A DNA stretch of 64,000 nucleotides from an uncultured Acidobacteriota bacterium (GCA_963718485.1 CAVQZU010000130.1:115035-179034); one strand, 5' to 3'. Shown: positions 46,421 to 56,970, counted from the first letter of the stretch. A program made the numbers and translations. Notes: generated from the sequence alone by a model not told the origin.

Positions 46421-47854
46421 ATGAGGACACCCTCGGATTCAACGACGGGCATTTCACAGAGTCCGAGTGATCCCCTGCGCGCACTCCCTGCGGTTGACCA
46501 GTGGATGGGTCGTCCCGTTCTGGCCGCTCTAGCCGAAGCGGCCGGCCGGGCCATCGTCACGGAAACCCTGCGCAGCGTCCTCTCCGACATTCGATCGGAG
46601 TGGAAAGCCGGCATCTTATCGAGCGATCTTCTCGCGGATTCTTGCGCCATTGAGGAACGCGTCACAAAAATGATTGCAGCTCTGCTGGCGCCATCCCTTC
46701 GTCACGTGATTAACGCAACCGGCGTAATCCTACACACCAACCTCGGACGCGCTCCGCTCTCGGCAGAAGCCATCGCCGCCATCGCCGAATCGGCCAGTCG
46801 ATATTCGAATCTCGAATATGACATCGAAGGCGGCCGGCGGGGCCAGCGCGACGTTCACACCTCGCGTCTACTGGCTGAGCTTGCCGGGGCGGAGGCCGCC
46901 ATTGTGGTCAACAACAATGCGGCCGCGGTTTTTCTGGTTCTGAATACGCTCGCGAAAGGAGCTGAAGTCGTCGTCTCGCGCGGCGAGCTTATTGAAATCG
47001 GTGACGGATTCCGTATTCCCGACATCATGTCTGAAAGCGGCGCGATCCTCCGCGAAGTCGGTACCACCAATCGCACGCGCATCCGCGACTACGAGCGCGC
47101 CATCAACGACCGCACCGGTCTGCTGTTGCGCGTGCACCGGTCGAATTTCCGGATCACCGGTTTCACCGAACGCCCCTCGATGGAGCGGCTCGTCGAGCTT
47201 GGCGGCCGCAGTCATCTCCCGGTGTATGAAGATCTCGGCTCCGGCTGCCTGGCTGACCTGTCAGGTTATGGAATCGCCGAGCCTCTGGTGAGCGCGAGCT
47301 GCCAAGCAGGCGCCTCGGTCGTTTCCTTCAGCGGCGACAAATTGCTGGGCGGGCCGCAGGCGGGAATCATCGCGGGGCGGGGCGAAATCCTGGAGCGCAT
47401 CCGGCGAAATCCGCTTTTCCGCGCGCTGCGCGTCGACAAGCTCACCATTGCGGCGCTCGAAGCCACCAGCAAAGCCTACCAGCGCGGCGCGCTTGACGAA
47501 ATTCCAACCCTGCACATGATCCGGCTGGGGCCTCAGGAGATCGGCCGCCGCGCCGCTCAGTTCATCGAAAAAGTCCGCGGTTTGGTGCCCGAAGGGGCCA
47601 CGCTGGAATGCCGCGAGGGATTCAGCCTGATTGGCGGCGGTTCCACGCCCGAGCAGCAACTACCAACGCGCCTGATCGCCGTGTCGAGCCCTCGCCACTC
47701 GGCGATCGCGGTCGAAGAGCAGCTTCGCCGGGCCAGCGAACGCACGCCCGTGATTGCGCGGATCCTGGACGAGTTCGTGGTTCTGGACCTGCGGACGGTC
47801 TTGCCGGAGGAAGAAGCCGAGCTCGCCTCAGCTCTGCTTTCCGCCCTGGCTTAA
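46421..47854 (+). CDS. selA: L-seryl-tRNA(Sec) selenium transferase
   Basis: LRALPAVDQ...[19 protein letters not shown]... and the PLP lysine context [17 protein letters not shown]. The ATG at 46421 was chosen; the upstream part of the track ORF overlaps the divergent gene. Confidence 0.9.
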   Translation: MRTPSDSTTGISQSPSDPLRALPAVDQWMGRPVLAALAEAAGRAIVTETLRSVLSDIRSEWKAGILSSDLLADSCAIEERVTKMIAALLAPSLRHVINATGVILHTNLGRAPLSAEAIAAIAESASRYSNLEYDIEGGRRGQRDVHTSRLLAELAGAEAAIVVNNNAAAVFLVLNTLAKGAEVVVSRGELIEIGDGFRIPDIMSESGAILREVGTTNRTRIRDYERAINDRTGLLLRVHRSNFRITGFTERPSMERLVELGGRSHLPVYEDLGSGCLADLSGYGIAEPLVSASCQAGASVVSFSGDKLLGGPQAGIIAGRGEILERIRRNPLFRALRVDKLTIAALEATSKAYQRGALDEIPTLHMIRLGPQEIGRRAAQFIEKVRGLVPEGATLECREGFSLIGGGSTPEQQLPTRLIAVSSPRHSAIAVEEQLRRASERTPVIARILDEFVVLDLRTVLPEEEAELASALLSALA

Positions 47855-48654
47855 GCGCGATTGATAGCGCTGGCCACGCACCCGGCGCCGAAGCCGTTGT
47901 CAATGTTCACCACGCTCACATTCGAAGCGCAACTGTTCAGCATGCCCAGCAGCGCGGTGAGACCGCCGAAACTCGATCCATAGCCCGTGCTCGTCGGCAC
48001 CGCAATCACCGGGGCCGAAACCAATCCGGCAACGACGCTCGGCAGCGCCCCTTCCATCCCCGCGACACAAATGATGACTCGCGCTGCGGCCAGCGTTTTT
48101 CGCTGCTCGAGCAGTCTGTGCAGACCCGCGACACCCACGTCGTAAACCGCCTCGGCGCGATTCCCCAACGCTCGTGCCGTTATCAGCGCTTCCTCCGCTA
48201 CCGGGATATCGCTTGTCCCCGCCGTGAGGACCACGATGAGCCCTTTGCCATGAATATGGTCGCTGCGCCGAATCAGGATCGTGCCCGAAGTCTCGTGAAA
48301 TTCAACCGGCATTCTCACCCGGGCTCGCTTTGCTGCGGAGGAATGGCTGGCCGCCGCAGACCGCATGATTTTCTTTACCGCGGAAAATGTATTCTGGGTG
48401 GCGCGGGTGACCAGTATGTTGTGGGAGGAATTTGCCAGCACCATCGCACGGACAATTTCCGCCACTTGGGTGGCCGTTTTTCCGCGCGCATAGACAACTT
48501 CAGGAAATCCCGCGCGCAACGACCGATGATGATCGATCTTCGCAAATCCCAGGTCCTCAAACGGTAGCCCGCGCAAGCGCTCGATCGCCTGATCAAGCGA
48601 CGCTGCTCCGCTTTTGAACTCCTCCAGAAGTTTTCGAATATCGCCTTCGTTCAT
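47851..48654 (-). CDS. larB: LarB-type (AIR-carboxylase-like) nickel-pincer cofactor biosynthesis protein
   Basis: ...[15 protein letters not shown]...[25 protein letters not shown]...[15 protein letters not shown]... Confidence 0.75.
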   Translation of the reverse strand: MNEGDIRKLLEEFKSGAASLDQAIERLRGLPFEDLGFAKIDHHRSLRAGFPEVVYARGKTATQVAEIVRAMVLANSSHNILVTRATQNTFSAVKKIMRSAAASHSSAAKRARVRMPVEFHETSGTILIRRSDHIHGKGLIVVLTAGTSDIPVAEEALITARALGNRAEAVYDVGVAGLHRLLEQRKTLAAARVIICVAGMEGALPSVVAGLVSAPVIAVPTSTGYGSSFGGLTALLGMLNSCASNVSVVNIDNGFGAGCVASAINRA

Positions 48655-48805
48655 GGATGCCCTTCGGACAGCGCCTGAATTCTAGCATCCCGTCAGCGCA
48701 CCGATGCCTACGCGAGCGAGCCCGGGAGATGTGCTAGAGTGCCAAGGTCCGCGCCGCGGCAGACACTCCGCTCGGCCCGCAAATTCCTGGATCAAGGAGA
48801 GTTCG

Positions 48806-49051
48806 ATGATGTGGCTCCTGTGGACGATTGTGATCGGGATTCTCGCTGGCTGGCTCGCCGGTCAGATCGTAAAGGGCCGGGGAATGGGGCTCGGCGTGGA
48901 TCTGCTGGTCGGAGTTGTAGGGTCGATTCTCGGCGGCTGGATTTTCGCGCTGGTCGGCCTCGCGGCTTACGGCCTGATCGCCCGCTTAATTATGGCCACG
49001 GCCGGCGCCGTCGCGCTTCTACTGCTGGTGCGTGCCCTGAAACACGCCTGA
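48806..49051 (+). CDS. GlsB/YeaQ/YmgE-family small membrane protein
   Basis: MMWLLWTIVIGILAGWLAGQIVKGRGMGLGVDLLVGVVGSILGGWIF... AAGGAG RBS. Confidence 0.8.
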   Translation: MMWLLWTIVIGILAGWLAGQIVKGRGMGLGVDLLVGVVGSILGGWIFALVGLAAYGLIARLIMATAGAVALLLLVRALKHA

Positions 49052-49103
49052 TGAATCCATCGAGGTTGCGCAATTGCTGGGCTCACCGTAGTCTATCCCC
49101 TTC

Positions 49104-49805
49104 ATGACTCCTCAATTCCTGGTGCTCGGGCTCATCTGGTACATCGTTTTTCTTTTCTCGACGACCTGTCATGAAGGCGCTCATTCATTGGTCTCGCATC
49201 TCGGTGGGGATCCTACCGCTTTCCACGGCGGGCAAGTTTCCCTCAATCCGTTGCCGCATATTCGCCGCGAACCCGTCGGACTGGTCATCGTCCCCATACT
49301 TTCCTACTTCGTTGCGCATTGGATGATTGGCTGGGCGAGCGCGCCTTACAATCCTGCCTGGCAGCAGCGCTATCCGAAACGGGCCGCATGGATGGCCCTC
49401 GCCGGGCCTGCCGCCAACTTCGTTCTGGTGATCCTGGCCGCGCTTGCGATTCACATCGGCATTCTAGCCGGGGTTTTCCGGATACCAGAATCGGTCGGCT
49501 TCACGCATGTCGTCGAATCCGCCACCTCCGGGAATGCCGGCTTCGCGGCCACCTTTCTGAGCATCCTGTTCGTTCTGAATCTGCTGCTCGGAACGTTCAA
49601 CCTTTTGCCGGTTCCGCCCCTTGACGGCAACACCGCCGTGACCCTGTTCATGAGTAATGGACTGGCTGTAAAGTTTCTCAATTGGACGCGCCAGGGCTTG
49701 GGCATGATTGGCCTGCTACTCGCCTGGTATCTCTATGACAAGATTTTCGATCTCATCTTCCGCGCGGCCCTAGCCGTTCTTTATCCCGGGTCTCACTGGG
49801 GATAG
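49104..49805 (+). CDS. Site-2 (M50-family) membrane metalloprotease
   Basis: HEGAHSL (HExxH) within the first TM region, and NLLPVPPLDG later in the protein. Confidence 0.8.
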   Translation: MTPQFLVLGLIWYIVFLFSTTCHEGAHSLVSHLGGDPTAFHGGQVSLNPLPHIRREPVGLVIVPILSYFVAHWMIGWASAPYNPAWQQRYPKRAAWMALAGPAANFVLVILAALAIHIGILAGVFRIPESVGFTHVVESATSGNAGFAATFLSILFVLNLLLGTFNLLPVPPLDGNTAVTLFMSNGLAVKFLNWTRQGLGMIGLLLAWYLYDKIFDLIFRAALAVLYPGSHWG

Positions 49806-50199
49806 GATCTCCTTCACTTTCGTTCAAACAGAGATGTAGCGGACCTGACTACCGCCGGCTTAAGAGCGGGCACGGGATTTCGCAGCAAGTGCTTCTTCGT
49901 TTTTGAGACAAGGGCATCCTGAGCGTGGCCAGAGATCGACAGATGCAAGTGGCAGGGAGAACGGCTGAGTCTCTGCAAGGTCAGCGACTCGCCCGCAGCG
50001 GTTCGGCTTCAGAACACTTCGATTGCAGCCGCAGGCGAAACTTTGAGCAGACTCGGCCGGTTTGAAGCCTCTTCGAGCGGCTATGGTTTGGGCGGCGCGC
50101 CTACACGCGGCGCGGGTTCGATCGAAGGAGCCCGCGCGCCGCTCTCGCTCGGTACCGCCTCGCAGAGCAATGTGAGGCTGCCGTACCAAGTCCGATCCG

Positions 50200-50886
50200 C
50201 TAATTGCCGGCCGAATACGAGGCGTTGTGCAGCAGCGACGCCGGCAGCGACACGTTTGAGTCCATGCGCACGAGCATGCCCGTCTGCGCCGGAAGCTCCA
50301 CGTCCTTGCCCTTCTTGGCCACGACATACGCCGAGCCGCCGATAAGACCGATTAACGTGCCGCGAAGGACGCGGCTGAAAACCACTCCTGCTACCGATCC
50401 TCCCGCAGTGCCGATGGCTAAATCTTCTACGTCGGTCTTCACGTCATGCCGCTCTTCTACCACGACGCCCTCGACCGTGGAAATGTCCTTGCGCTGCTTG
50501 CCCGCATCCATGCCGGCGTTATAGATCGAGAGAATGCTCATGTGCGCCGGGAAGATGCGGCTTTCGACTTCGATGGAGTTGAACACCAGGTTCATCGAAG
50601 CGCCGCCGCGGAACATGGACATCCACTTCGGGCGCTGTACGCTGGTGATCGTGCCGTGAATCTTGGCGCCGGCCGGAAGGATGATCTGGTTGCCGAGAAA
50701 AACGGGCTCGGCGACGACACCCGTAAACGGGTCCCCGTTGTGCGCGACCGTGGTGCTGACACCATTCGATAGCGTCACATGAACCTGCGTGCCGGGCACG
50801 ATGCCCGGGTTCGCCTGGGCATGGGCCGCCGGAGTTACAAACAGCGCGAGCACCGCGGCCGCGCAAAAAGCTGCGAAAGTCTTCAT
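50200..50886 (-). CDS. Secreted hypothetical protein
   Basis: The ATG at 50886 follows AAGGAGG. Signal peptide MKTFAAFCAAAVLALFVTPAAHA. No recognised domain. Confidence 0.5.
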   Translation of the reverse strand: MKTFAAFCAAAVLALFVTPAAHAQANPGIVPGTQVHVTLSNGVSTTVAHNGDPFTGVVAEPVFLGNQIILPAGAKIHGTITSVQRPKWMSMFRGGASMNLVFNSIEVESRIFPAHMSILSIYNAGMDAGKQRKDISTVEGVVVEERHDVKTDVEDLAIGTAGGSVAGVVFSRVLRGTLIGLIGGSAYVVAKKGKDVELPAQTGMLVRMDSNVSLPASLLHNASYSAGN

Positions 50887-51236
50887 TCCATCCTCCTTGT
50901 GATCCTGTACGAAGACGCGTGGCGTCTGCGATAAATTTTCAGTTGGAAAACGCCCTGGCGACATGCTTCGGATTCGCGAAAGGGATTAGGAGCAGAACTG
51001 CGGGACGCACCCGAGCAAGCTCCGGATGCCCCCGTGTCGTGGGGGTTACCGCTGGCGCAGCGGTGCGAGCGCGGAGGACGCGCCCGGGAAGTACGATACA
51101 TCAATGATGCAGATTGTCACGCCCAAAAAGAATGGCGAGCGTTCCTAAGCGACATACGGTGACTATGGGGCAAGAAAATCGGCCCGTCCGATGCATCGGC
51201 AGGCCGGACATAAATTTACCGCGAGGAGCAATTCTC

Positions 51237-52337
51237 TCAGCGGGAGGGACGGCCCTTGGCTGCTGCGGCAGCGGCCATGGCTGCGGGCTTTTCCGGGTCG
51301 GCTGCGGTTTTTTTTGGCTCGTCGTGATTCGAATTTGAATTCAACGCCACAAGGCCCAGGGCTGTGCGCAATTCCCGCTCGATTTTGCCGCGGATGTCCT
51401 CGTGTTCCTTAAGGAAAACGCGGGCATTTTCGCGGCCTTGGCCGAGGCGTTCGCCCTTGTAGGAAATCCAGGTGCCCGACTTCTCAAGGATGTTCTTCAT
51501 GACGCCCAAGTCAAGCAAATCGCCTTCGCGAGAGACACCTTCTCCATAGATGATGTCGAATTCGGCTTCGCGGAAGGGGGCGGCTACCTTGTTCTTTACT
51601 ACCTTGGCCCGGGTGCGCGAGCCGACCACGCGGTCGCCTTCCTTGATTGATTGAATACGGCGAATGTCGACGCGGATCGAAGAGTAAAATTTAAGCGCCC
51701 GGCCGCCGGTGGTGGTTTCCGGGTTGCCGAACATCACGCCGATCTTTTCGCGGATCTGGTTGATGAAAATGAGGCAGGTTTTCGACTTCGAGACGATGCC
51801 GGTGAGCTTGCGCAGTGCCTGGGACATCAGTCGGGCCTGCAAACCCATCTGAGGGTCGCCCATTTCGCCTTCGAGTTCGGCCTTGGGGACCAGGGCGGCG
51901 ACCGAGTCGACGACGACGACGTCGACGGCATTGGAGCGGATCAGGGCCTCGGCGATTTCGAGGGCCTGTTCGCCATTGTCGGGTTGGGAGACGAGAAGAT
52001 TGTCGACATCGACGCCCAACTTTCGAGCGTAGACCGGATCAAGCGCGTGCTCGGCGTCGATGAAAGCGGCTTGGCCGCCGAGTTTCTGGGCTTCGGCGAT
52101 TACGTGCAGGGTAAGAGTCGTCTTGCCGCCGGATTCAGGGCCGTACACTTCGATGACGCGGCCACGGGGAAAGCCGCCGATGCCAAGGGCCGCGTCGATG
52201 GAGATGGAGCCGGTGGGAATGACGCTGACGGGAACAAGAACGTCGCGGTTGCCCAAGCGCATGATCGAGCCTTTGCCGTGCTGCTTTTCGATTTGCGATA
52301 TTGCCAAATCCAGATTTTTAGTTTTTTCGTCGTTCAT
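51237..52337 (-). CDS. recA: Recombinase RecA
   Basis: [29 protein letters not shown] and Walker [11 protein letters not shown], with full-length similarity. The 104 upstream codons of the track ORF are an extension. Confidence 0.97.
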   Translation of the reverse strand: MNDEKTKNLDLAISQIEKQHGKGSIMRLGNRDVLVPVSVIPTGSISIDAALGIGGFPRGRVIEVYGPESGGKTTLTLHVIAEAQKLGGQAAFIDAEHALDPVYARKLGVDVDNLLVSQPDNGEQALEIAEALIRSNAVDVVVVDSVAALVPKAELEGEMGDPQMGLQARLMSQALRKLTGIVSKSKTCLIFINQIREKIGVMFGNPETTTGGRALKFYSSIRVDIRRIQSIKEGDRVVGSRTRAKVVKNKVAAPFREAEFDIIYGEGVSREGDLLDLGVMKNILEKSGTWISYKGERLGQGRENARVFLKEHEDIRGKIERELRTALGLVALNSNSNHDEPKKTAADPEKPAAMAAAAAAKGRPSR

Positions 52338-52439
52338 GGATGCCACCTCAAAGGGCGTTTTTCGTTTAGGTCCCGCCGCAGCGGGCGGCCCGATTCTACC
52401 AGAGAGCGCATTGCCCGGCCCCGGCATTTCTGGGCGAGG

Positions 52440-52468
52440 AGTATAGCACGAGGCGAAGATAAAGCGAA
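52440..52468 (-). promoter_or_regulatory. Candidate sigma-70 promoter of recA
   Basis: The reverse strand reads TTCGCT-17 nt-TATACT, about 100 nt upstream of the recA ATG. Confidence 0.3.
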
Positions 52469-52476
52469 TACGAAAT

Positions 52477-52500
52477 AACGTGGGCGAACGTGGGCGCCCA
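52477..52500. repeat. Tandem AACGTGGGCG x2 overlapping the palindrome TGGGCGCCCA
   Basis: Read directly: repeats at 52477-52486 and 52487-52496, palindrome at 52491-52500. Located just upstream of the recA -35 candidate. Confidence 0.6.
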
Positions 52501-52679
52501 CCAGGAACCGGGCGTTTCGGCAGGCGATTTTTGCCCCCCCAAGTGGCCTTGGCCGTCAGGCCGTAAGGGGCCGCCTTCCCCACGCGGCCTTCGGCTTGGG
52601 GTTTGCGATCCTCCCCTTCCCTTTGAAACTCACCGAGGTTCTCACGCACGCTCTGAAAGGGCGCTGCCTCGGTCAGACC

Positions 52680-53537
52680 CTAGTATTTGTAGAAGCCGCG
52701 GGAGGATTTGCGACCTAACCAGCCGGCGGCCACATATTTGCGCAGCAGCGGGCAGGCGCGATACTTGGGGTCGCCAAGGCCTTTCAACAGGACATCGAGG
52801 ATGTCGACGCAAACGTCCAGGCCGATAAAGTCGGCTAGCTCCAGGGGGCCCATGGGGTGGTTCATGCCGGTTTTCATCACCGCGTCGACGGCTTCAGGCG
52901 TCGCCACACCTTCCATTACCGCGAAAGCGGCCTCGTTGATCATGGGCAGCAGGACGCGGTTGGAAACGAATCCTGGGGAGTCATTTACGGCTACCGGTCT
53001 TTTCTGAAGATCTTCGCACAGGGACATCGTGGTTTGGAAGGTGGCCTCGCTTGTGGCCAGGCCGCGGATTACTTCCACCAGCAGCATGACGGGGACGGGG
53101 TTCATGAAGTGCATGCCGATGAAATTCTCGGGGCGGGTAGTTTGCGCGGCCAGCTGCGTGATGGAAATGGACGAAGTGTTACTGGCTAGGACCACGCCGG
53201 GGCGCAGGACGCCGTCGGCGTCTTTTAGCACCCGGAGTTTTATGTCGAGCTGCTCGGGGACGGCTTCTACGGCGAAGCCGGCGGCAGCGATGGATTCAAT
53301 GTCGGTGACGGGGTGGATGCGCCGCAGCGTCGCAGATTTATCGGCTTCGGTGATTTTGTTCTTTTTCAGTTCGCGGTCGAGATTTTTGGCGATGGTTTCC
53401 ATGGCGCGGTCGAGGAAGCCCTGCTGGATATCGCGAAGAAGCACGTTGTAGCCGGAGCGGGCGAAAACGTGGGCTATTCCGTTGCCCATCGTACCGGCGC
53501 CTAGAACGGCGATGGTTTTGATTTCGGCGGATGGCAT
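52680..53537 (-). CDS. hbd: 3-hydroxybutyryl-CoA dehydrogenase
   Basis: IAVLGAGTMGNGIAHVFA Rossmann motif ...NTSSISIT...HFMNPVPVM... ATG at 53537. Confidence 0.9.
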   Translation of the reverse strand: MPSAEIKTIAVLGAGTMGNGIAHVFARSGYNVLLRDIQQGFLDRAMETIAKNLDRELKKNKITEADKSATLRRIHPVTDIESIAAAGFAVEAVPEQLDIKLRVLKDADGVLRPGVVLASNTSSISITQLAAQTTRPENFIGMHFMNPVPVMLLVEVIRGLATSEATFQTTMSLCEDLQKRPVAVNDSPGFVSNRVLLPMINEAAFAVMEGVATPEAVDAVMKTGMNHPMGPLELADFIGLDVCVDILDVLLKGLGDPKYRACPLLRKYVAAGWLGRKSSRGFYKY

Positions 53538-53720
53538 AAGGAATCGATGATAGCGGGCGGAAAGAAAGGAAGTAAAGGAGGCAGAGGATCGACCAAGTGT
53601 GCGGTTCGTTGCGACGGGCGATGCCGATCGATTACCCCTGCTCTCAAACCCCCGGAGAGCACAACAACACGCTGGCAGTAGCGCCTGTGCCACTAAGGCG
53701 ATGCCGCCGAAGCCGACGCA

Positions 53721-54353
53721 CTATTGCGGGGGAGTGGCTTCGGTCACTTCCCGGATGATTTCCCGGGCGCGACGTTCCGAGCTTGGCATTACGCGGATTC
53801 GAAAACTGGCTTCGGCGTCGAGTTCGCAACCGATGCCATTTTCCCTGAGACTGGCGATCAGCATGTCTTTGGTGTCGGTGTCTGTGCCGGACCAGACTTC
53901 GGCCGTGGCTTCGCGGGGATCGTAGTCTTCGGGGATGTCGTCCGAGGCGGGCCCCAGAAGCTCTTCTCCATGCTCTGGGGAGGCAGTCGAGAGCGGGTCA
54001 GAGGGCTGCTGTGCGCCGTTTTCAAGTTCGCGGACAGCCTTCTCCATCGCCGCGCGGGCAGCGTTGCGGTGACGGGCGGGAATGAAGATGGCGTAAACGG
54101 GTTGTGACAGGCCCGGAATTGGTCCGACCTCTCGCGTGTTCTCGTGATGTGGAATGTCCGCGTCGTCGAGGGCGCTGAGGATCACCCCGCGCACGGCTGG
54201 CGCGGTGCCGGTCCACAGCAGTTCGGGGCCGCCGGCGCTCCGCGGACGATTGGTCGACACTGGCGCTTCGAGTTGCTCGACGAGTTGCGCGCCGCAATCG
54301 GAGCAGCGAGAGAATCCAGCGCGGTATTCGGTTTTACAGTTGGGACAAAACAT
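53721..54353 (-). CDS. Zinc-ribbon protein with an acidic C-terminal half
   Basis: MFCPNCKTEYRAGFSRCSDCGAQL (CxxC...CxxC). The remainder may be DUF2007-like. The ATG at 54353 was chosen; the upstream part of the 493-aa track ORF has no coding character. Confidence 0.5.
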   Translation of the reverse strand: MFCPNCKTEYRAGFSRCSDCGAQLVEQLEAPVSTNRPRSAGGPELLWTGTAPAVRGVILSALDDADIPHHENTREVGPIPGLSQPVYAIFIPARHRNAARAAMEKAVRELENGAQQPSDPLSTASPEHGEELLGPASDDIPEDYDPREATAEVWSGTDTDTKDMLIASLRENGIGCELDAEASFRIRVMPSSERRAREIIREVTEATPPQ

Positions 54354-55074
54354 CGGTAACAAGATGATACCGGAACTAAAGCGAGTGCAGAAGGAGAACA
54401 GGCCTACAGTTTCGACCGGCGGAAAGCAGAGTAACTTGGGCCGTAACTCCAGGGTCGCGGCGCGTGTTCGGTTTACGGCGGCTGATGCTGGGTTCGTCTT
54501 TGTCTTTCCAGGTGTTGCGTTCGGCTTCTTGCGGGTCGGTGCGCCATGGCGTGGAACCTTCATCAGAGAGGTTGCCACGCTGGCTGCCGCCCGCGCTTTC
54601 TCCGGCCGCGCCCGGCGGGAGTATCTCCACGAAATGCCGGGTTGGAGCCAGTCGCTGCAGTTACCTTGGCGATAATGGGCTCCACGAACGAGTTTTGGGA
54701 TGTCAGCGGATGGGGTGAACCGGCGGCAGCGATGGTTTTCGAGTCTTGAAAGACCAGGCCGCGGCAGACGGGGCCATAGCAAGCTTACGTCATCCATTTT
54801 TCCCTTCCCCTCCATGCCTGGTGGCGCAAAGCTCGATGCCCAGCCATACCTGGAAATGTGGAGGACATAGGGGCGGGGAGCTGAGGTTTTTCTTCCACGG
54901 TGCGGAGCCGCGAACCACAACGATGCAACCCTCAATCGTTCACCCCGAGCAAATGCCAACTCGATGGAAGATCCTCGACCTCGCTGCGCTCGCTTGATGA
55001 CCACGCGAGGCAACGGCAAAACCACCTGGTAAGAAGTAAGGCCTGCCGCCGCGGCACAACAGCATGCGAAGGCG

Positions 55075-56259
55075 CTAGTAGCGTTCGATGGCGAGGGCGA
55101 CGGCGTTGCCTCCGCCGAGGCAGAGGGCGGCGATGCCGCGCTTGAGGTTGCGGCGCTGCAATTCGTAGAGCAGGGTGACGAGGAGGCGAGCTCCCGAGGC
55201 ACCGATCGGGTGGCCGAGAGCGACGGCGCCGCCGTTTACATTTACTTTTTCGGGGCTGATCTTCAGGGCGCGGGTTACGGCGATGGCGGCTACCGAGAAG
55301 GCTTCATTTAGTTCGTAGAGATCGACGTCGTTGTCGCGATCCCAGCCGGTTTTCTTCAAGATCATTTCTACGGCATCTACCGGCGCCATCATGATCCACT
55401 TCGGTTCGACCCCGCTGACGGCTTGGGCGACGATGCGGGCCATAGGGATGCGGCCGAGGCGCTGCGCGGTGCGTTCGCTTGCGACAACTACGGCGGCTGC
55501 ACCGTCGTTTGTGCCGGGGGCATTTCCGGCAGTTACGGTGCCGTCTTTTTTGAAGGCCGGCTTTAGTTTCGCCAGGGCTTCCAGGGATGAATCTTCGCGG
55601 GGGGATTCGTCGGTTTTAATGACGACTGAGTCACCTTTTTTCTGCGGGATTTCGACCGGGACGATTTGCTCGCTGACGAAGCAGGATTTGGTGGCGCGGA
55701 CAGCTTTGCGGTGGCTGCCGAGGGCGAACTCGTCCTGTTCCTGGCGCGAGATGCTGTATTTTTCGGCGACCAGCTCGGCGGTCATGCCCATGTGGAAGTT
55801 TTCGTACACGTCCCAGAGGCCGTCGACGATCATCGAGTCGAGAAGCTCCTGGTTGCCGAGGCGGTAGCCCGAGCGCGCGCCTTTGAGCAGGTAGGGACAA
55901 TTGGACATGGATTCCATACCGCCTGCGACGACTACTTCCGATTCGCCGAGAGTAACGCCCTGCGCGGCAAGGCCCACGGCTTTCAGGCCAGAGCCGCAGA
56001 CTTTATTGACGGTCATCGCGGCGACGCGTGGGTCAAGGCCGCCGCGCAGAGCTGCCTGCCGCGCAGGATTCTGGCCAAGCCCGGCCTGAACGACGTTGCC
56101 CATAATCACTTCGTCGACTTGCTTTGGCTCCATGCCGGCGCGGCGCACAGATTCAGCCACGACCTTCGCGCCGAGTTCGGGCGCGCCTAAAGGCGATAGC
56201 CCGCCCATGAATTTTCCGATGGGGGTACGGACGGCGCTTAGGATGACGGGCTGTTCCAT
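55075..56259 (-). CDS. Acetyl-CoA acetyltransferase (thiolase II)
   Basis: [17 protein letters not shown], the active-site region [11 protein letters not shown], ...[17 protein letters not shown]..., and [10 protein letters not shown]. Confidence 0.93.
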   Translation of the reverse strand: MEQPVILSAVRTPIGKFMGGLSPLGAPELGAKVVAESVRRAGMEPKQVDEVIMGNVVQAGLGQNPARQAALRGGLDPRVAAMTVNKVCGSGLKAVGLAAQGVTLGESEVVVAGGMESMSNCPYLLKGARSGYRLGNQELLDSMIVDGLWDVYENFHMGMTAELVAEKYSISRQEQDEFALGSHRKAVRATKSCFVSEQIVPVEIPQKKGDSVVIKTDESPREDSSLEALAKLKPAFKKDGTVTAGNAPGTNDGAAAVVVASERTAQRLGRIPMARIVAQAVSGVEPKWIMMAPVDAVEMILKKTGWDRDNDVDLYELNEAFSVAAIAVTRALKISPEKVNVNGGAVALGHPIGASGARLLVTLLYELQRRNLKRGIAALCLGGGNAVALAIERY

Positions 56260-56303
56260 GGCGAATTCTCCTCTGTTGGTGCGCGTTTTATTTTTGTGAA
56301 TCC

Positions 56304-56333
56304 AGTATAGGGCGGGGGCGGAGAGGCGGTCAA
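56304..56333 (-). promoter_or_regulatory. Candidate sigma-70 promoter of the thiolase gene
   Basis: The reverse strand reads TTGACC-18 nt-TATACT, about 45 nt upstream of the ATG. Confidence 0.35.
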
Positions 56334-56844
56334 TTTGACACGGGGATAGGGAATAGGAGAAAGCGAAACTGCCCTCTCTGAGCGCTTTTCTTGTGCCCCC
56401 TTTCCGGCGAGAATGGTTTTTCGAGCAGCGAGACGGAAACTGTCGCTTGATCGCTTGGTGACACCTCTTGCGGTTCGCTTGGCAGAGACCGCGTCGGAAC
56501 CTCTGGCCGTCCTCGATTTGCGCTTCCGGCTTTCTTTGCGGCTGGTCGCAGATCGTCCACAACGAAAATGATGGGCCAAGGTAAGCCTCCCCGGGGATAA
56601 CCCATAGAGTCCGTCTTGGCGACTCATGTGCGCATCGTTACTTCATGTATTATTTAGAGGAATCCGATAGCCCTTCCTCCATCATTAATTGTTCCCCTGC
56701 GGGTCCCGCAAATGCATTAAGGTTTGTGTCGTTTTTTCCTCAAAACTAAGATTGGACGGGTCTCGTGCACTCCCAGAATGTCTCTCAAACTATTGTATTA
56801 TAATTACTTACTATAACGCTGAATTTTCTTGCATCTTAACAACA

Positions 56845-56916
56845 CAATACGCTTGTAACGCAACTGCATAATAGGCTTGTATGTGCACAGCATGATATGC
56901 TTGTATTGAACTAGGG
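56845..56916. repeat. Three direct 24-bp-phased repeats with the core ATAnGCTTGTA
   Basis: caatacGCTTGTAacgcaactgca / taatagGCTTGTAtgtgcacagca / tgatatGCTTGTAttgaactaggg. The GCTTGTA cores sit at 56851, 56875 and 56899. Unit 1 versus 2 matches 16/24 and unit 2 versus 3 matches 14/24. The array ends 15 nt before the ATG at 56931. Confidence 0.6.
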
Positions 56917-56970
56917 GGGCAAAAGGATACATGGCGGCACCGAACGAAAAATTGGCTGGGTCACTGCAGC

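Noticed and set aside
50091-50142. Possible tRNA or tRNA-Sec (GGTTCGATC resembles a T-loop), considered because selA is nearby.
   Set aside because: The loop is 14 nt rather than 7. I could not build an acceptor, D or anticodon arm (and found no CUUCAAA-type loop in a stem) on either strand.
52338-52680. A canonical LexA/SOS box in front of recA.
   Set aside because: Scanning by eye found no CTGT-N8-ACAG, GAAC-N4-GTTC or GTTC-N7-GTTC. The tAAC-N6-GAAC spacing inside the decamer repeat does not fit the alphaproteobacterial N7 form.
54950-54997. tmRNA-like tag: a frame ending ...KILDLAALA followed by a double stop TGATGA, with GGGGCGGGG about 90 nt upstream.
   Set aside because: There is no TTCGAC-type D-loop analog and no T-arm or CCA-proximal acceptor complement downstream. 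Only about 210 nt remain before the thiolase stop, which is too short for a tmRNA. The upstream tag residues are unlike known tags.
56689-56871. The 60-aa ORF in the AT-rich leader as a Fic antitoxin.
   Set aside because: Its composition is Cys/Ile-rich and junk-like, with no RBS and no (S/T)xxxE(G/N) inhibitory motif. It overlaps the repeat array.
56845-56916. The 24-nt repeats as a mini CRISPR array.
   Set aside because: The units are directly abutting with no spacers. There are only three degenerate copies, and no cas genes and no palindromic repeat structure.
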